64,000 nucleotides of DNA from positions 124,001 to 188,000 of the forward strand of contig NIVC01001686.1 of NCBI GenBank assembly GCA_002269645.1, in the 5' to 3' direction. This DNA is from Macrostomum lignano. Lineage: Eukaryota. Positions 29,826 to 41,713 of this stretch are shown piece after piece. The notes under the pieces were generated by a model. The model had not been told where the DNA came from and made no database searches. It was given only the letters and a program-made list of their open reading frames with translations. Every line of letters starts with the position of its first letter. Position 1 is the stretch's first letter. A program made the translations under genes and the position numbers.

Positions 29826-30384
29826 TTTTACGGATTGAGGGTCTACCCAATTTAGAATTAGAGGGAATAAAAAAATCGTAGAATGAAAATTACTCAATAC
29901 AAAAGAATAAAGAGTAAATCTGAATTCATATGGAATTCTGAGTGGCAAAAAAGCGAACCGATTTCACTGAATAAAAGCAGACTGCCAGACCGCAGGCAAA
30001 AGGATAAAAAAGATACATTCCATTCGTGGAAACGCAAGTCATTAAAGGATGGGAGATGACTGTACAGCCTGAATATTGCAACCTTTTTATCCCTAGGGGG
30101 AGAAAATTTCTGTGATTGTGAGAATCTAGACTTTCATTTACTCATGACCCCGTGTTCTAGGAAGGTTGCCCAAGGCAAAGAAACTGAAACTGAAAAGCAA
30201 TCTTTAGCGACGAACGTGCCATTGCATGGATGAGTGCATGCGTTGTACACGGACTGACAAACCTTGAAGCAGCTGGCGCAATAATTAATATCAAAAAATT
30301 GAAATGAGGAACTGGAACATTTCTCCCGCTGGCTAAAAGTTACATACATGTACATCAGCTTGTGTGTATCGGTTAAAACATGGC

Positions 30385-30810
30385 ACTCTGGAATCAGCAC
30401 TCGCTTAAATCCATGACAAATGAAGTTAGCACTCTGGAATCAGCACTCGCTTAAATCCATGATAAATGAAGTTAGCACTCTGGAATCAGCACTCACTTAA
30501 ATCCATGATAAATGAAGTTAGCGCTCTGGAATCAGCACTCACTTACATCCATGATAAATGAAGTTAGCGCTCTGGAATCAGCACTCACTTAAATCCATGA
30601 TAAATGAAGTTAGCACTCTGGAATCAGCACTCACTTAAATCCATGATAAATGAAGTTAGCACTCTGGAATCAGCACTCACTTAAATCCATGATAAATGAA
30701 GTTAGCACTCTGGAATCAGCATTCGCTTAAATCTATGGCAAATCAACATGGGACTCTGGAATCAGCACTCGCTTAAATCCATGATAAATAAACATGGCAC
30801 TCTGGAACGC
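30385..30810. repeat. 46-bp minisatellite, ~9 copies
   Basis: GCACTCTGGAATCAGCACTCACTTAAATCCATGATAAATGAAGTTA periodicity. Confidence 0.95.
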
Positions 30811-31489
30811 CATCAACCTTGCATTTCTCGACAATCTTGCCCAAGCAAAAAAGAAACATGACAAGAAAGAAACATGATTATGAAATCCCATCCGGAGCAC
30901 GGCTTCAGGGCATGTTGGGCTGCTTCTCCTCGAAAAAGAAGCCTTAAATTCGAAGCAATGTACAAGTATATTCGGATTAACAGTCTGAAGCTGCGGCAGT
31001 TTTCAGTTCTCTCTGCAACACTGCACATGGGATGGGAGCCATTCAACACAAAAATAAGACAGGATCTGGATGGGATGCAGGATTCAAATTCAGAGGGAAG
31101 ACGGCCTCTTGGGAAATCGAAGTTAAAGCATCCATATATCTCTAATCTATAGGTCTATCGATAGCCTAGGGCAGCGATTGAAATGGGATTTGGGAAGTGG
31201 ATTTAATGACGGAGTATGGACTGAAATATAAGTTTCCCAATAAAGTATTTAGAATCCTTAAAAAGATCGATTTAAAAAAACTAATATGCTAAGGTTCATA
31301 GAGTCACTGCAGATACAACCTTACAGAGGATTCACATCGCTCTAAAGTTTTCAAGTATTAATTTTCATAACGCCTAAACATTATACATTGCCTAATTTCT
31401 TCACGATAGCAATCTGGCCCGCTAAATGTTTGTATCTCTTCTTTTCAGATTTCTTTTCTTTTGTCTCTCCTCCCATCTCTAATCTCCTT

Positions 31490-31760
31490 TTTCTTTGCTC
31501 CTCTCTCTTCTCCCCTCTCCTCATGCTCCTCTCTCTTCTCCCCTCTCCTCATGCTCCTCTCTCTTCTCCCCTCTCCTCATGCTCCTCTCTCTTCTCCCCT
31601 CTCCTCATGCTCCTCTCTCATCTCCCCTCTCCTCATGCTCCTCTCTCATCTCCCCTCTCCTCATGCTCCTCTCTCTTCTCCCCTCTCCTCATGCTCCTCT
31701 CTCTTCTCCCCTCTCTCCTCTCCCCTCTCTCCTCTCTCCCTCTCTTCTCTCTTCTCTCTC
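31490..31760. repeat. 28-bp pyrimidine-rich minisatellite
   Basis: CTCCTCTCTCTTCTCCCCTCTCCTCATG units. Confidence 0.9.
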
Positions 31761-33808
31761 TGGCCCGCAATCATGCGCTAGATTTTATATGATCTGGGCC
31801 CTTAAGTAAAAAAAAGTTTTCCGAACCCTGCATGGCTTATGGGCAATTAAACATCAAAAAACGGGTTGTTCAAGCCAATGCCTTGCGTGCTCTACAGGCG
31901 ATGTGAAAGTACTCTACGGGATACAATTATACAATTATATAATGTCTGTTTTGCGGGCTCGCTTACCTCACCTGCGTTACCCTGCGTCCCAGAAAGGAAA
32001 TTCTGTTTATCCTAAAAAGAAGCAATCTGAGTAGACAAACAAAACAGGGGAAGATGGAACTTTGCGAAGGTGCTGGTGCTGCTGTGCAACTAAAGCCTGT
32101 GTTGAACGAATCCTGTTGAGCTCCACTGCTCTGTGTTAACAGGCCTCCAATTCAAGCCTAGAGAGACAGAGTCGAAGCCCTTTCCATCGCGTTCATCCAT
32201 GTTCTGCCCGGCTACCCGCCCCTGCTCCCTACCGCAGTTCGCTCGTTGAGTAGCCATTGGCAGAGCCGATAGGGAGAGAGGAGGAACCACAGGGCAGAAC
32301 GGGTGTGGAGTGTGCGGAGCGTATGAGGCCAAAATAAGGCCAAAATAAGATAGGAAAGAAACTAAGGGGGAGAACGAACGGTAATAGAGGGGTGTGGAAA
32401 TGGAACGAGTGGAGGAGAAACAGAGGGAGGGGAGAGAAGAGCCAAGGCAAAAGAGAGAGAGAGTAAAAATGGGATTAAAAAAGGGGAGACCAGCGCGATT
32501 CAGGATTCATCAAGAAGAGGAGACAGAATGACGATATAGAAGTCGAGACTCGAAAGAAAAAGAGCTTTGGGTGGAGTTCGGTCATTTGTCGTTCGGTTCC
32601 GATCGAGTCTGAGTCTGGGTGTCTCAGAGGTTTGTCTGACTGTCCCACCACTGTCCCACCCGCTCTGGAGTCTGTGGGGTGTCTGTAGCCGTCTCTGGGG
32701 AGTGATGAGGGACGAGACTGGGAAAGAACTGAGTGACACTGACAGTAACCGACAGACAGACTGAACAAAATATATCGAGGGAAGAACATTTTATAAGGTA
32801 ATAAGGATTCTCTATCCGTCGTTTCGTTAACCAAGCCTCTTTATTATATATTAAAATTCTTCTAATTAGCATCGGATGGTAGGTTTTCCTAGGAACAACC
32901 CGAGGAAAGATGGGAGAAGTTCAGGAGAGGGGAAAGTAGGGGATGAGAGAAGGGGAGGAAAGGAGAGAGAGATTATTATACAATAACACTTTCATATTGT
33001 GCCTTGTGGTATTAACAAATCAAACTTACAATATTTCCATTGCCGACGTAAGTTAGTAGCGATTGAAGTGTTGGCTTGCAAACCTCGGTACCCATTTTAG
33101 AATGTCGAGTTAAATATTCAGTTTGTTAGTTTCTGTTAAAAGATGGTAACCTATAAGTATAGGAACGCTTCCAATGTTTCACGATGGCTTATGCTGGTTT
33201 GAACTTATTAAACCACCGTCCCTGGTCCACATCACTGATGATGCCCAAAATTATAACCGGGGTGCCACTCTGTGTGAGGGGGGGGGGAATGACGAAGCCC
33301 TATTCAACCAACCCCTTGCCGCCGGTTCCTCAGTTTGGGGTCCCCGTTGCAATGTACATTCTATATTCTTGTGCTGGCCTATTTAGTCATGGCCCAGCCG
33401 GCCTCGGTCGGGACTTGGGCCCTCCTCCTTTGCTCTGAATCAACCGCCTCCTCCCCTCCCCTACCCTCCCCTCCCATCTGCAAGTGGTGAATCACTCACC
33501 CAAGTCCAAAAAACCCCCTCCTCTCATCCCTGCCACTCCCCCACCCCCAGTTTTGGTCTGAGGATTCGAATTCTATTTTTAGAACGGACACTGAACATTC
33601 CGGGAGTCACGTGAAAGCTGGCTGGCTCGTGAGGCTAAATAATTGGATGGAAGCGTCAGTGAAGCGCCTGCAAGATACGACAAGTTATTACAATTTTTGG
33701 TTTTGGTTTTTGGACTAAGTCACTACATGGAACATGCAGATGCAGTGCAGATAATTTTTTTCTTCCCAAAAGAGCAAAATGAAAATCACTTTTTGAGCAT
33801 TAAAGTAC

Positions 33809-34377
33809 GGGTACCTCTCATTTCGACGATTCTCGTTTCGCCGATTCTCGTTTCGCCGAATCTCATTTCGCCGATTCTCATTTCGCTGACATTCTCATTT
33901 CGCCGATTCTCGGTTCGCCGAAATTAGTTTCATAACCATCTGGACATTAGACCATAGACAACTACACTAATGCAAGTGTGATTTAGATGCCTATGGCTTG
34001 AAAAATAAAGTGTTATTTTTTTATTAAATATTAAAAGTATATTATAAGTATATTAAAAGCATATTAAAAGTATTAAATTAAAAGTAGTTTAATACTTTAT
34101 TTTTCAAGCCATAGACATCTAAATCACACTTGCATTAGTGTAGTTGTCTATGGTCTAATGTCCAGATGGTTATGAAACTAATTTCGGCGAACCGAGAATC
34201 GGCGAAATGAGAATGTCAGCGAAATGAGAATCGGCGAAATGAGAATGTCGGCGAAATGAGAATCGGCGAAATGAGAATGTCGGCGAACCGAGAATCGGCG
34301 AAATGAGAATGTCGGCGAACCGAGAATCGGCGAAATGAGAATCGGCGAAACGAGAATCGGCGAAATGAGAGGTACCC
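33809..34377. mobile_element. Non-autonomous foldback element, Mutator (MULE)/FB-like, 569 bp
   Basis: Ends GGGTACCTCTCATTTCG / CGAAATGAGAGGTACCC; perfect 9-bp target duplication TTAAAGTAC (33800-33808 and 34378-34386); arms made of ~15-bp subrepeats plus a ~90-bp near-perfect inverted segment around an AT-rich loop. Confidence 0.88.
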
Positions 34378-34807
34378 TTAAAGTACAAAAGGGTAAACTA
34401 CGCTTGTAGCATTCTATATTACTTTGCGTTTTGTTTTTCAATATACTGTTTTGTGATTCGTGATTCTACTTATTCGTGATTAAATAAATGAGAGCAATTA
34501 CGGTGTGTCGTTTTATTTCTTCGGATGAGCTCAGTTCTGAGCTGAAGTTTATAGAAATGAGAAAAATGGGCTTGACGAAATTTGTCAACAAACTGAATAT
34601 AATGTGGGAAGGAAATTTCTAGAAAATCATGAAACTTCGCAATAAAGTAAATGACAAAGAACTTTCGAAAGGGTCACTTCAATCGCCAATCGAGCTGAAA
34701 ACCGAGTTTAAATAGGCGAGAGAGTCGAGATAATATTTATTAAATATTCACCACACAAACTTAAACAACAAAAATCACTGGAAAGTCCTGGAAATCCTGG
34801 AAAGTAC

Positions 34808-35108
34808 CAGGGGCGTCTCCATGGATTTTATGTTGGGGGGGGGGGGGCAAAGCCAAGAATTTAACATGTACATGTACACTACTAAATTCCTACATTTCCA
34901 TTATTTTGAGAATCGTGTTGTCAGGAATGTCAGCGCTCATTTTGGCGCCGAAGGCGCTTTATTTTGGCGCCCTGAAGAAAAATTATTGTTTACCACAACG
35001 AGTCACAAGGTGGGGTGGGGTGGGGGGACAAAGCATTGGCATGTCCCCCTATAGCTTTTACTGGGGGGTGGGCATGTAACCCCTGTCCCCCCGGTGGCAA
35101 CGCTCCTG
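34808..35108. mobile_element. hAT-type MITE (~300 bp), short form
   Basis: Imperfect TIRs CAGGGGCGTCTCCA / TGGCAACGCTCCTG; flanks GAAAGTAC and AAAAGTAC (7/8); two internal CATTTTGGCGCC-type units. Confidence 0.85.
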
Positions 35109-35744
35109 AAAAGTACAATAAAATTTTATTTTTATTCATCTTGTTAAGTTCAAATATCCCTCTAAACTACTCACGTAAGTTAGTAGGATATTAGGAAATA
35201 TGCTTTATATGAAAGTGAGACTTATGCTGGCTAAAGCAGATTTTTCTCGTAATATACTTCCTTTATAATATAGTTGATAACTCGTATTATTAAATTGATA
35301 AAATTCAAAGATTAAAAAGGATTTTCTCGACGATAACAAACTGCTTACAGATTAATTGTTCTCATATACATGTCCGCCTTAAGAACCTGGAACAACTCGA
35401 ATATAAAAAATTGATTAATTTGTTTTTTTTCACCATCTTAACTAAAGAGAGAGCGAGGGCATGAGAGAATTGATTCCTAAATATGCTCGTATGACTGATA
35501 GCAAAAACACCAGCTTGCCTTCGATGGAGTATCACGGAGAGCAATATGTGTGCATGCATTCATTTATTCAAAACAAGAATAACCATGCGTAGGGCAGGGG
35601 ATATGGTAAAGGTAGTCGATACCCATGGAGAAAGTTTGCCTGAACAAAGCTTTCCTGAATTTCTCGCCAATAGTTTGCTTTCGAAGTTTTGTTGTCAAGA
35701 TTTCGCACTTTGCGCATCAGCGATTCAAAATTTCCTAAACCTAA

Positions 35745-36010
35745 ACTAAGAATCGCCCCTAAGCCTAAACTACGAATCGCCCCTAAGCCTAAACTACGAA
35801 TCGCCCCTAAGCCTAAACTAAGAATCGCCCCTAAGCCTAAACTACGAATCGCCCCTAAGCCTAAACTACGAATCGCCCCTAAGCCTAAACTAAGAATCGC
35901 CCCTAAGCCTAAACTAAGAATTTCGCCCCTAAGCCTAAACTACGAATCGCCCCAAACCCAAATCGCCCCTAAACCTAAACTTAAAAACCTAAAACTACGA
36001 AGCGCCCCTT
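35745..36010. repeat. 24-bp minisatellite (AATCGCCCCTAAGCCTAAACTA(C/A)G)
   Basis: Direct periodicity. Confidence 0.92.
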
Positions 36011-36399
36011 CAACTAAACTAATAACCACCCTAAACCTTAACTTTGTAATTTAAAAGAGCAGGAAATTACTAGTTTAGTAGCTAATGTAGAGAAAACTAT
36101 TGTTACTTTTCTTTACTAACAAAAGCGAGTGTACAAGGTCAAAAGCTACAGGTAGTTAGTTTATTAAAAAAACATTACTTTCTTTGTTTGCCTGTTCAAC
36201 GGGGCTCAGAATTGCTGTTACACAGCTCGTACTATTAATTCCGTATCGTGAGTTTCGGTAAATATGAAAACAAGTTGAAAAGTGAAGAGCGCAAAAAGCT
36301 ACTCTAAGTAGTATGAATAGTAAGGTAAGTCCTATTAAGTCTACCGTGGAGAACGAGCTAAAAGCAAAATGGACTGAATTAAACAAGTTTCTTCTAGAT

Positions 36400-37374
36400 C
36401 AGGGGCGTTGCCACCAGGGAGGGGGACAGGGAAGACATGCCCCCAGTATAAGCTATGGACGGGACATGCCAACAATGCTTTCCCCCCACCCCAGCTTGTG
36501 ACCCGTTGTGGAAATCAAAATTCTCAGGGCGCCAAATTATAGTGCCAGCGGCGCCAAAATGAGTGCCTTCGGCGCCAAAAAAATGAGTGCCTGCGGCGCC
36601 AAAATGAGTGCATGCGGCGCCAAAATGAGTGCCTGCGGCGCCAAAATGAGTGCATGCGGCGCCAAAATGAGTGCCGGCGGCGCTAAAATGAGTGCCTACG
36701 ACGCCAAAATGAGTGCCTGCGGCGCCAAAATGAGTGCCTCTGGCGCCAAAATGAGTGCCGGCGGCGCTAAAATGAGTGCCTACGACGCCAAAATGAGTGC
36801 CTGCGGCGCCAAAATGAGTGCCTCTGGCACCAAAATGAGTGCCTGCGGCGCTAAAATGAGTGCCTGTGGCGCTAAAATGAGTGCCTGCTGTGGCGCTAAA
36901 ATGAGTGCATGCTGCGGCGCTAAACTGAGTGCATGCTGCGGCGCTAAAAAGAGTGCCTGTGGCGCTAAAATGAGTGCATGCTGCGGCGCTAAAATGAGTG
37001 CCTGTGGCGCTAAAATGAGTGCATGCTGCGGCGCTAAAATGAGTGCATGCTGCAGCGCTAAACTGAGTGCATGCTGCGGCGCTAAAAAGAGTGCATGCTG
37101 CGGCGCTAAAAAGAGTGCATGCTGCGGCGCTAAAAAGAGTGCATGCTGCGGCGCTAAAAAGAGTGCATGCTGCGGCGCTAAAAAGAGTGCATGCTGCGGC
37201 GCTAAAAAGAGTGCATGCTGCGGCGCTAAAATGAGTGCATGCTGCGGCGCTAAAATGAGTGCTGAACAACACCGATTCTCGAAATATTAGACAGGTAGGA
37301 ATTTAGTCATGTACATGCGCATGTAGAATTCTTGACTTTGTCCCCCACCATAAAAATTAATGACGACGCCCCTG
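36400..37374. mobile_element. Same hAT-type MITE in opposite orientation, with an internal 21-24-bp satellite expansion (~32 units)
   Basis: Ends CAGGGGCGTTGCCA / GACGACGCCCCTG; flanks TTCTAGAT and TTCTGGAT (7/8; NTCTAGAN is the known hAT-Charlie target preference); non-repeat parts align with the reverse complement of 34808-35108. Confidence 0.88.
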
Positions 37375-37949
37375 TTCTGGATCGAATACCTGCACGATTC
37401 CAACGCAGTAGCTGCTACGTAGCAAATTTTCAGATTCAGATATAAGGAAGCGAACCTCCGACGTCATCCCAAAATGAACTCTGCTATTGGACAGATAGGC
37501 GCACCTCTCTGATGGTCTTTAATTATATGCATGAGATATCATTGCTGTACATACTGTATCATTATGTATAGTCTTGCTCCAGTTGCTGCGCATAGGACAT
37601 ATTATGGGACTCTACCCTCCTCTCTACCTCCTCTATAATAGCAATAGATGCAAAGGAATTCCTCCTTTCTGCGTTACTATGGTTACCTTAATACAACGGG
37701 CTCCAGACCCCTTATCCCGCATATCATTTGTGCTTGATGCCTGCTTGCAAGCAGTGCAGTATGTATTGAGGCCATTTGGCTTACCATACCCTGCGCCACT
37801 GTCGACGACAATAAAGCTTGCCTATCCTTTTTAGTCTCAGCTTGAGCGCTAAAATTTACACTACCACAGAGTTAAATTGAAACTTATAATTGTATTGAAT
37901 TTAGCCAGCGGGACCTGCGATTTCATGAGGTAAACAATTATAGGATACC

Positions 37950-38270
37950 GGAAGAATTGCTGAGATGTCAAGGTTCAAGGCTCATGGGGGACAAGGTTCA
38001 AGGCTCATGGAGGACATTGCTGAGATGTCAAGGCTCAAGGCTCATGGGGGACATTGCTGAGATGTCAAGGTTCAAGGCTCATGGGGGACATTGCTGAGAT
38101 GTCAAGGCTCAAGGCTCATGGGGGACATTGCTGAGATGTCAAGGCTCAAGGCTCATGGGGGACATTGCTGAGATGTCAAGGCTCAAGGCTCATGGGGGAC
38201 ATTGCTGAGATGTCAAGGCTCAAGGCTCATGGGGGACATTGCTGAGATGTCAAGGCTCACGGGGGAATCG
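37950..38270. repeat. 37-bp minisatellite (CATTGCTGAGATGTCAAGGCTCAAGGCTCATGGGGGA)
   Basis: Direct; core shared in reverse with 63745-64000. Confidence 0.93.
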
Positions 38271-38605
38271 CTGAAATGCTTGGCTCATAGGGGGTTGCTC
38301 AGATGCATGAGCCTAAACTCATAGAGGATCCGGTAATCTTAGGCTAGATTTCTGGTTTTCAGCCTCAGGGCGGATGCTTTTTTGCTTTGAAAATTATTTT
38401 CCCTAAGAGCATAACAACAGTGACTGTATCTGGTTAGAAGATACATGCAGTTTATTCAAAAAATCGTTTAAAAATTTTTTATTCATAATACAAAGAAACG
38501 AAATTCCTCGTACCTGTCAAACAGAATACTAGCGTAAAAGAACAATAGGTCAGACTCCATTTAATTTATTTGAGGGAAGGAATCGGAATTCGATTCGAGT
38601 AGAAG

Positions 38606-40225
38606 GGGTGCACGACAATTGACTGCCACAATTTGACTGCCAAAATTTGACTGCCAAAATTTGACTGCCAAAATTTGACTGTGGTCAATTTGACTGCGGA
38701 AAATTTGACTGCCGAGCAATTTGACTGCCGACAAAATGACTGCGAACAAAATGACTGCGGACAAAATGACTGCCGACAATTTGACTGCCGACAAAATGAC
38801 TGCCGACAAAATGACTGCCGACAATTTGACTGCCGACAAAATGACTGCCGACAAAATGACTGCCGACAATTTGACTGCCGACAAAATGACTGCCGACAAT
38901 TTGACTGCCGACAAAATGACTGCCGACAAAATGACTGCGAACAAAATGACTGCGGACAAAATGACTGCCGACAATTTGACTGCCGACAAAATGACTGCCG
39001 ACAAAATGACTGCCGACAATTTGACTGCCGACAAAATGACTGCCGACAATTTGACTGCCGACAAAATGACTGCCGACAATTTGACTGCCGACAAGATGAC
39101 TGCCGACAATTTGACTGCCGACAAAATGACTGCCGACAAAATGACTGCGAACAAAATGACTGCGGACAAAATGACTGCCGACAATTTGACTGCGGAAATT
39201 TGACTGCCGACAATATGACTGCGGCAATTTGACTGCCGACAATATGACTGCGGCAATTTGACTGCCAGCAAAATGACTGCGGCAATTGACTGCCGACAAT
39301 ATGACTGCGGCAATTTGACTGCCGACAATATGACTGCGGCAATTTGACTGCCAGCAAAATGACTGCCGGAAAAATGATGCTCCTAAAGTTTAGCACTCTG
39401 TCAACCCTTTTAAGTCTATGCATGTAGTGAAATATTGTATTTACGAGCTAGAATGATGCAGAACAGAACATAACTTTTATACAACAAGCTGTAACAGCTG
39501 TTGAAACCCGCGGATTTTGAACAGTGGGAAATGGGAATTCCAATTTTAGGAACTATTTTGCATATATTCTAAAATCTGAAGGTAAACTCAAGCAAAAACT
39601 TTTATTATTAGAGTTAAACATAACATAGATTACATTCGTGTAAAATTAGGATTGGAGGCAAACTATTGATATTGTTGGCTGGGGTGCGGCGCAGAATGTC
39701 AGAAAAACTCTGGCCTCTACTTCTGCCTCTCGATCCCTATGTTCCTTGCATCCTTTGAACCTTCTATCTTCTCTTCTGTTTTCTCTCTTCTCTCTCGTCT
39801 CTGCTCTCTCATCTCTGCTCTCTCATCTCCCCTCTCTCATCTGTCATCTTTACTCTCTTATACTGGTATGTTCTCTCACCTCTCTCCTCTGTACTCTTCT
39901 CTTTCCCCTCTTTTGACTCCTCTCTTTCCTTAGTCCTCTTCTTTTCCCTCTTCTATACTCCCTCCCCTTTATTCACTTCTCTCGTCTCTCTGCACTCTGC
40001 TCTCTCCGCCTTCATCTCTCATCTCTCTCTCCTCTTTTGCATAACGAGAATGCGCCTAGCAAGTTTTTCAAATTCATTCGTCAATATAAAGCTGTGCACA
40101 ACTAGGCTGGGCTTTTGATTTGGTGTTTGGGGTTGCCAACTTTGGGGTTTGGAGTCAAATAATAAAAGGAGAGGGTGATCAGTGGAGCCCACAAGTTTAG
40201 GTGGCGAGCAAACTCATAAAACTCC

Positions 40226-40313
<88 letters not shown>

Positions 40314-40421
40314 ACATTGAGGGACTGGGGGAGAGAGGAGGAGGAGTGGCCTCTTGTTTTCTATATTGTCAGCAGTCAAATTGACCTCAGTCAAATTGTG
40401 GCAGTCAATTGTCGTAGACCC
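38606..40421. mobile_element. Possible foldback/MULE-like element with a greatly expanded left-arm 15-bp subrepeat (38606-39370)
   Basis: Inverted ends GGGTGCACGACAATTGACTGCCACAATTTGACTG and the reverse complement of GGGTCTACGACAATTGACTGCCACAATTTGACTG. No matching target duplication was found, so the two ends may come from separate copies. Confidence 0.55.
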
Positions 40422-40589
40422 TGTCAGGGATAATATGGATGGATTTAATGGGATTATGGAGGACGTGAAAAATTTTGTCCCAAAAGCCCCCTCATGCCTT
40501 CTACTGATTCGAATCGAATTTTCATTCCCCATTTGATGTACACGTACGCTCGGTATAAGTATCAAGAATGCGTCTCAATAAAAAGTTAA

Positions 40590-41100
40590 ATTAATGAGAC
40601 GCCAAGCTGCGGGTTCCAACATAAGGCCGACTGTTTGCCTTTATATGCTTTTAGCGGGCACGAGGCTTCGAAGGCAGCATTGGGTGAGTCCGTCGCAAAG
40701 TCATCTGCTTCCTCACGGGTGTTGATGGATACTGCATGGAATGCTAGCCCTTTGATAGGTTTCCTACGAGGCAATCCTGAAAGTGTTCCAGTCGGTATTC
40801 CTGGATAGTATTCCGTTTCCAGTACAGCTGGCTTGCGTTTCGGGCGCTGGCCAGTTTGAAAGAGATGAACTTTTGATCGGAGAGGGACACTTCAGGAAGC
40901 ACCCGCCACTCCTTAGTGCTCTGAAAAAGCCTGGGCGTGGCAAGGGTGGTATCCAGCATCTCCGATCGGCGTCATTGTTAAACGTACCCAAGTTGCAGAA
41001 CTCGGGAGTTGCAGTGCGGTAATATCACAACTGCCCCAGTGGGTGTGATGGGCGTTGATGTCGCCCGCCACTAACAGCTCGTATTCCTGGTGGAGCAAAG
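40590..41100 (-). mobile_element. Degenerate non-LTR retrotransposon ORF2 fragment (APE endonuclease plus linker), R1/I-group-like
   Basis: Frameshifted motifs in the expected order: LVAGDINAHHTHWGS, LDTTLATPRL...WRVLPEVSLSDQKFISFKL, TDWNTF, AAFEASCP...CWNPQL. Confidence 0.8.
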
Positions 41101-41179
41101 CGAAAATCGACGGAAATCAGCCTCCAAAAAAATTACACGATCTTTGACTGTAGCGTCCTGATATCCTGATCCTGATAAC

Positions 41180-41713
41180 ATGATCAACGGTCCGTGCCAG
41201 CTGTTCGTGTTCGACAAGTGCAGCAAGTACGTGAGAGAGTGCGGCCCCTGCGCTCAGTCTGGCCGCGTGTTTGTGAAGCAGCGGCGCGGGCTGCCTGCTG
41301 GCACCCTGTGCCCCTTCGGATTCGCTGACGACCTGTGCAGCACCAAGTACAAGCTGGTGCAGGGCGCCACCAGTTGGAACTTCTACAAATCCGTAGCCGA
41401 ATCGCTGCCCGGATTGGTCATCATGTCGGACGTGCTCGATCAAGCTGAACTGGCTCACCAGTACAAAATTTCGATGACGTACGGCTGGACTGCCATCATG
41501 CACGGTGGAATTCAATCTCCGGGTAGCGACGAGCCGACTGGCGGTTTCCGCTGGGTGAGCTGCGATTTGGAGCTCAGCGGCAGTGGAAGTCTTTGGGTGC
41601 CTAACGAGCCCAACAATTATGCTGGAGCTGAACTGGTTGTGACCTCGGAAACTGTCAAGGCGGCAAACTGCTGGACAATCAGGAGACCAGTTCTGAGTAC
41701 ATTGGAGGTCTGA
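41180..41713 (+). CDS. Intronless atypical C-type lectin-like domain protein (177 aa) or its pseudogene
   Basis: Non-repetitive GC-rich ORF with CTLD-like motifs in order: CPFGF, SWN, GWTAI (WIGL-like), FRWV, WVPNEPNN, AELVV. Core cysteines and WND are missing. AATAAA at 42020. Confidence 0.7.
   Translation: MINGPCQLFVFDKCSKYVRECGPCAQSGRVFVKQRRGLPAGTLCPFGFADDLCSTKYKLVQGATSWNFYKSVAESLPGLVIMSDVLDQAELAHQYKISMTYGWTAIMHGGIQSPGSDEPTGGFRWVSCDLELSGSGSLWVPNEPNNYAGAELVVTSETVKAANCWTIRRPVLSTLEV

Noticed and set aside
36508-39423. GAKMSAC and QNDCR Cys-rich ORFs resembling metallothionein or keratin-associated proteins
   Set aside because: They are satellites inside transposon ends or bodies, with target duplications or TIRs around them.
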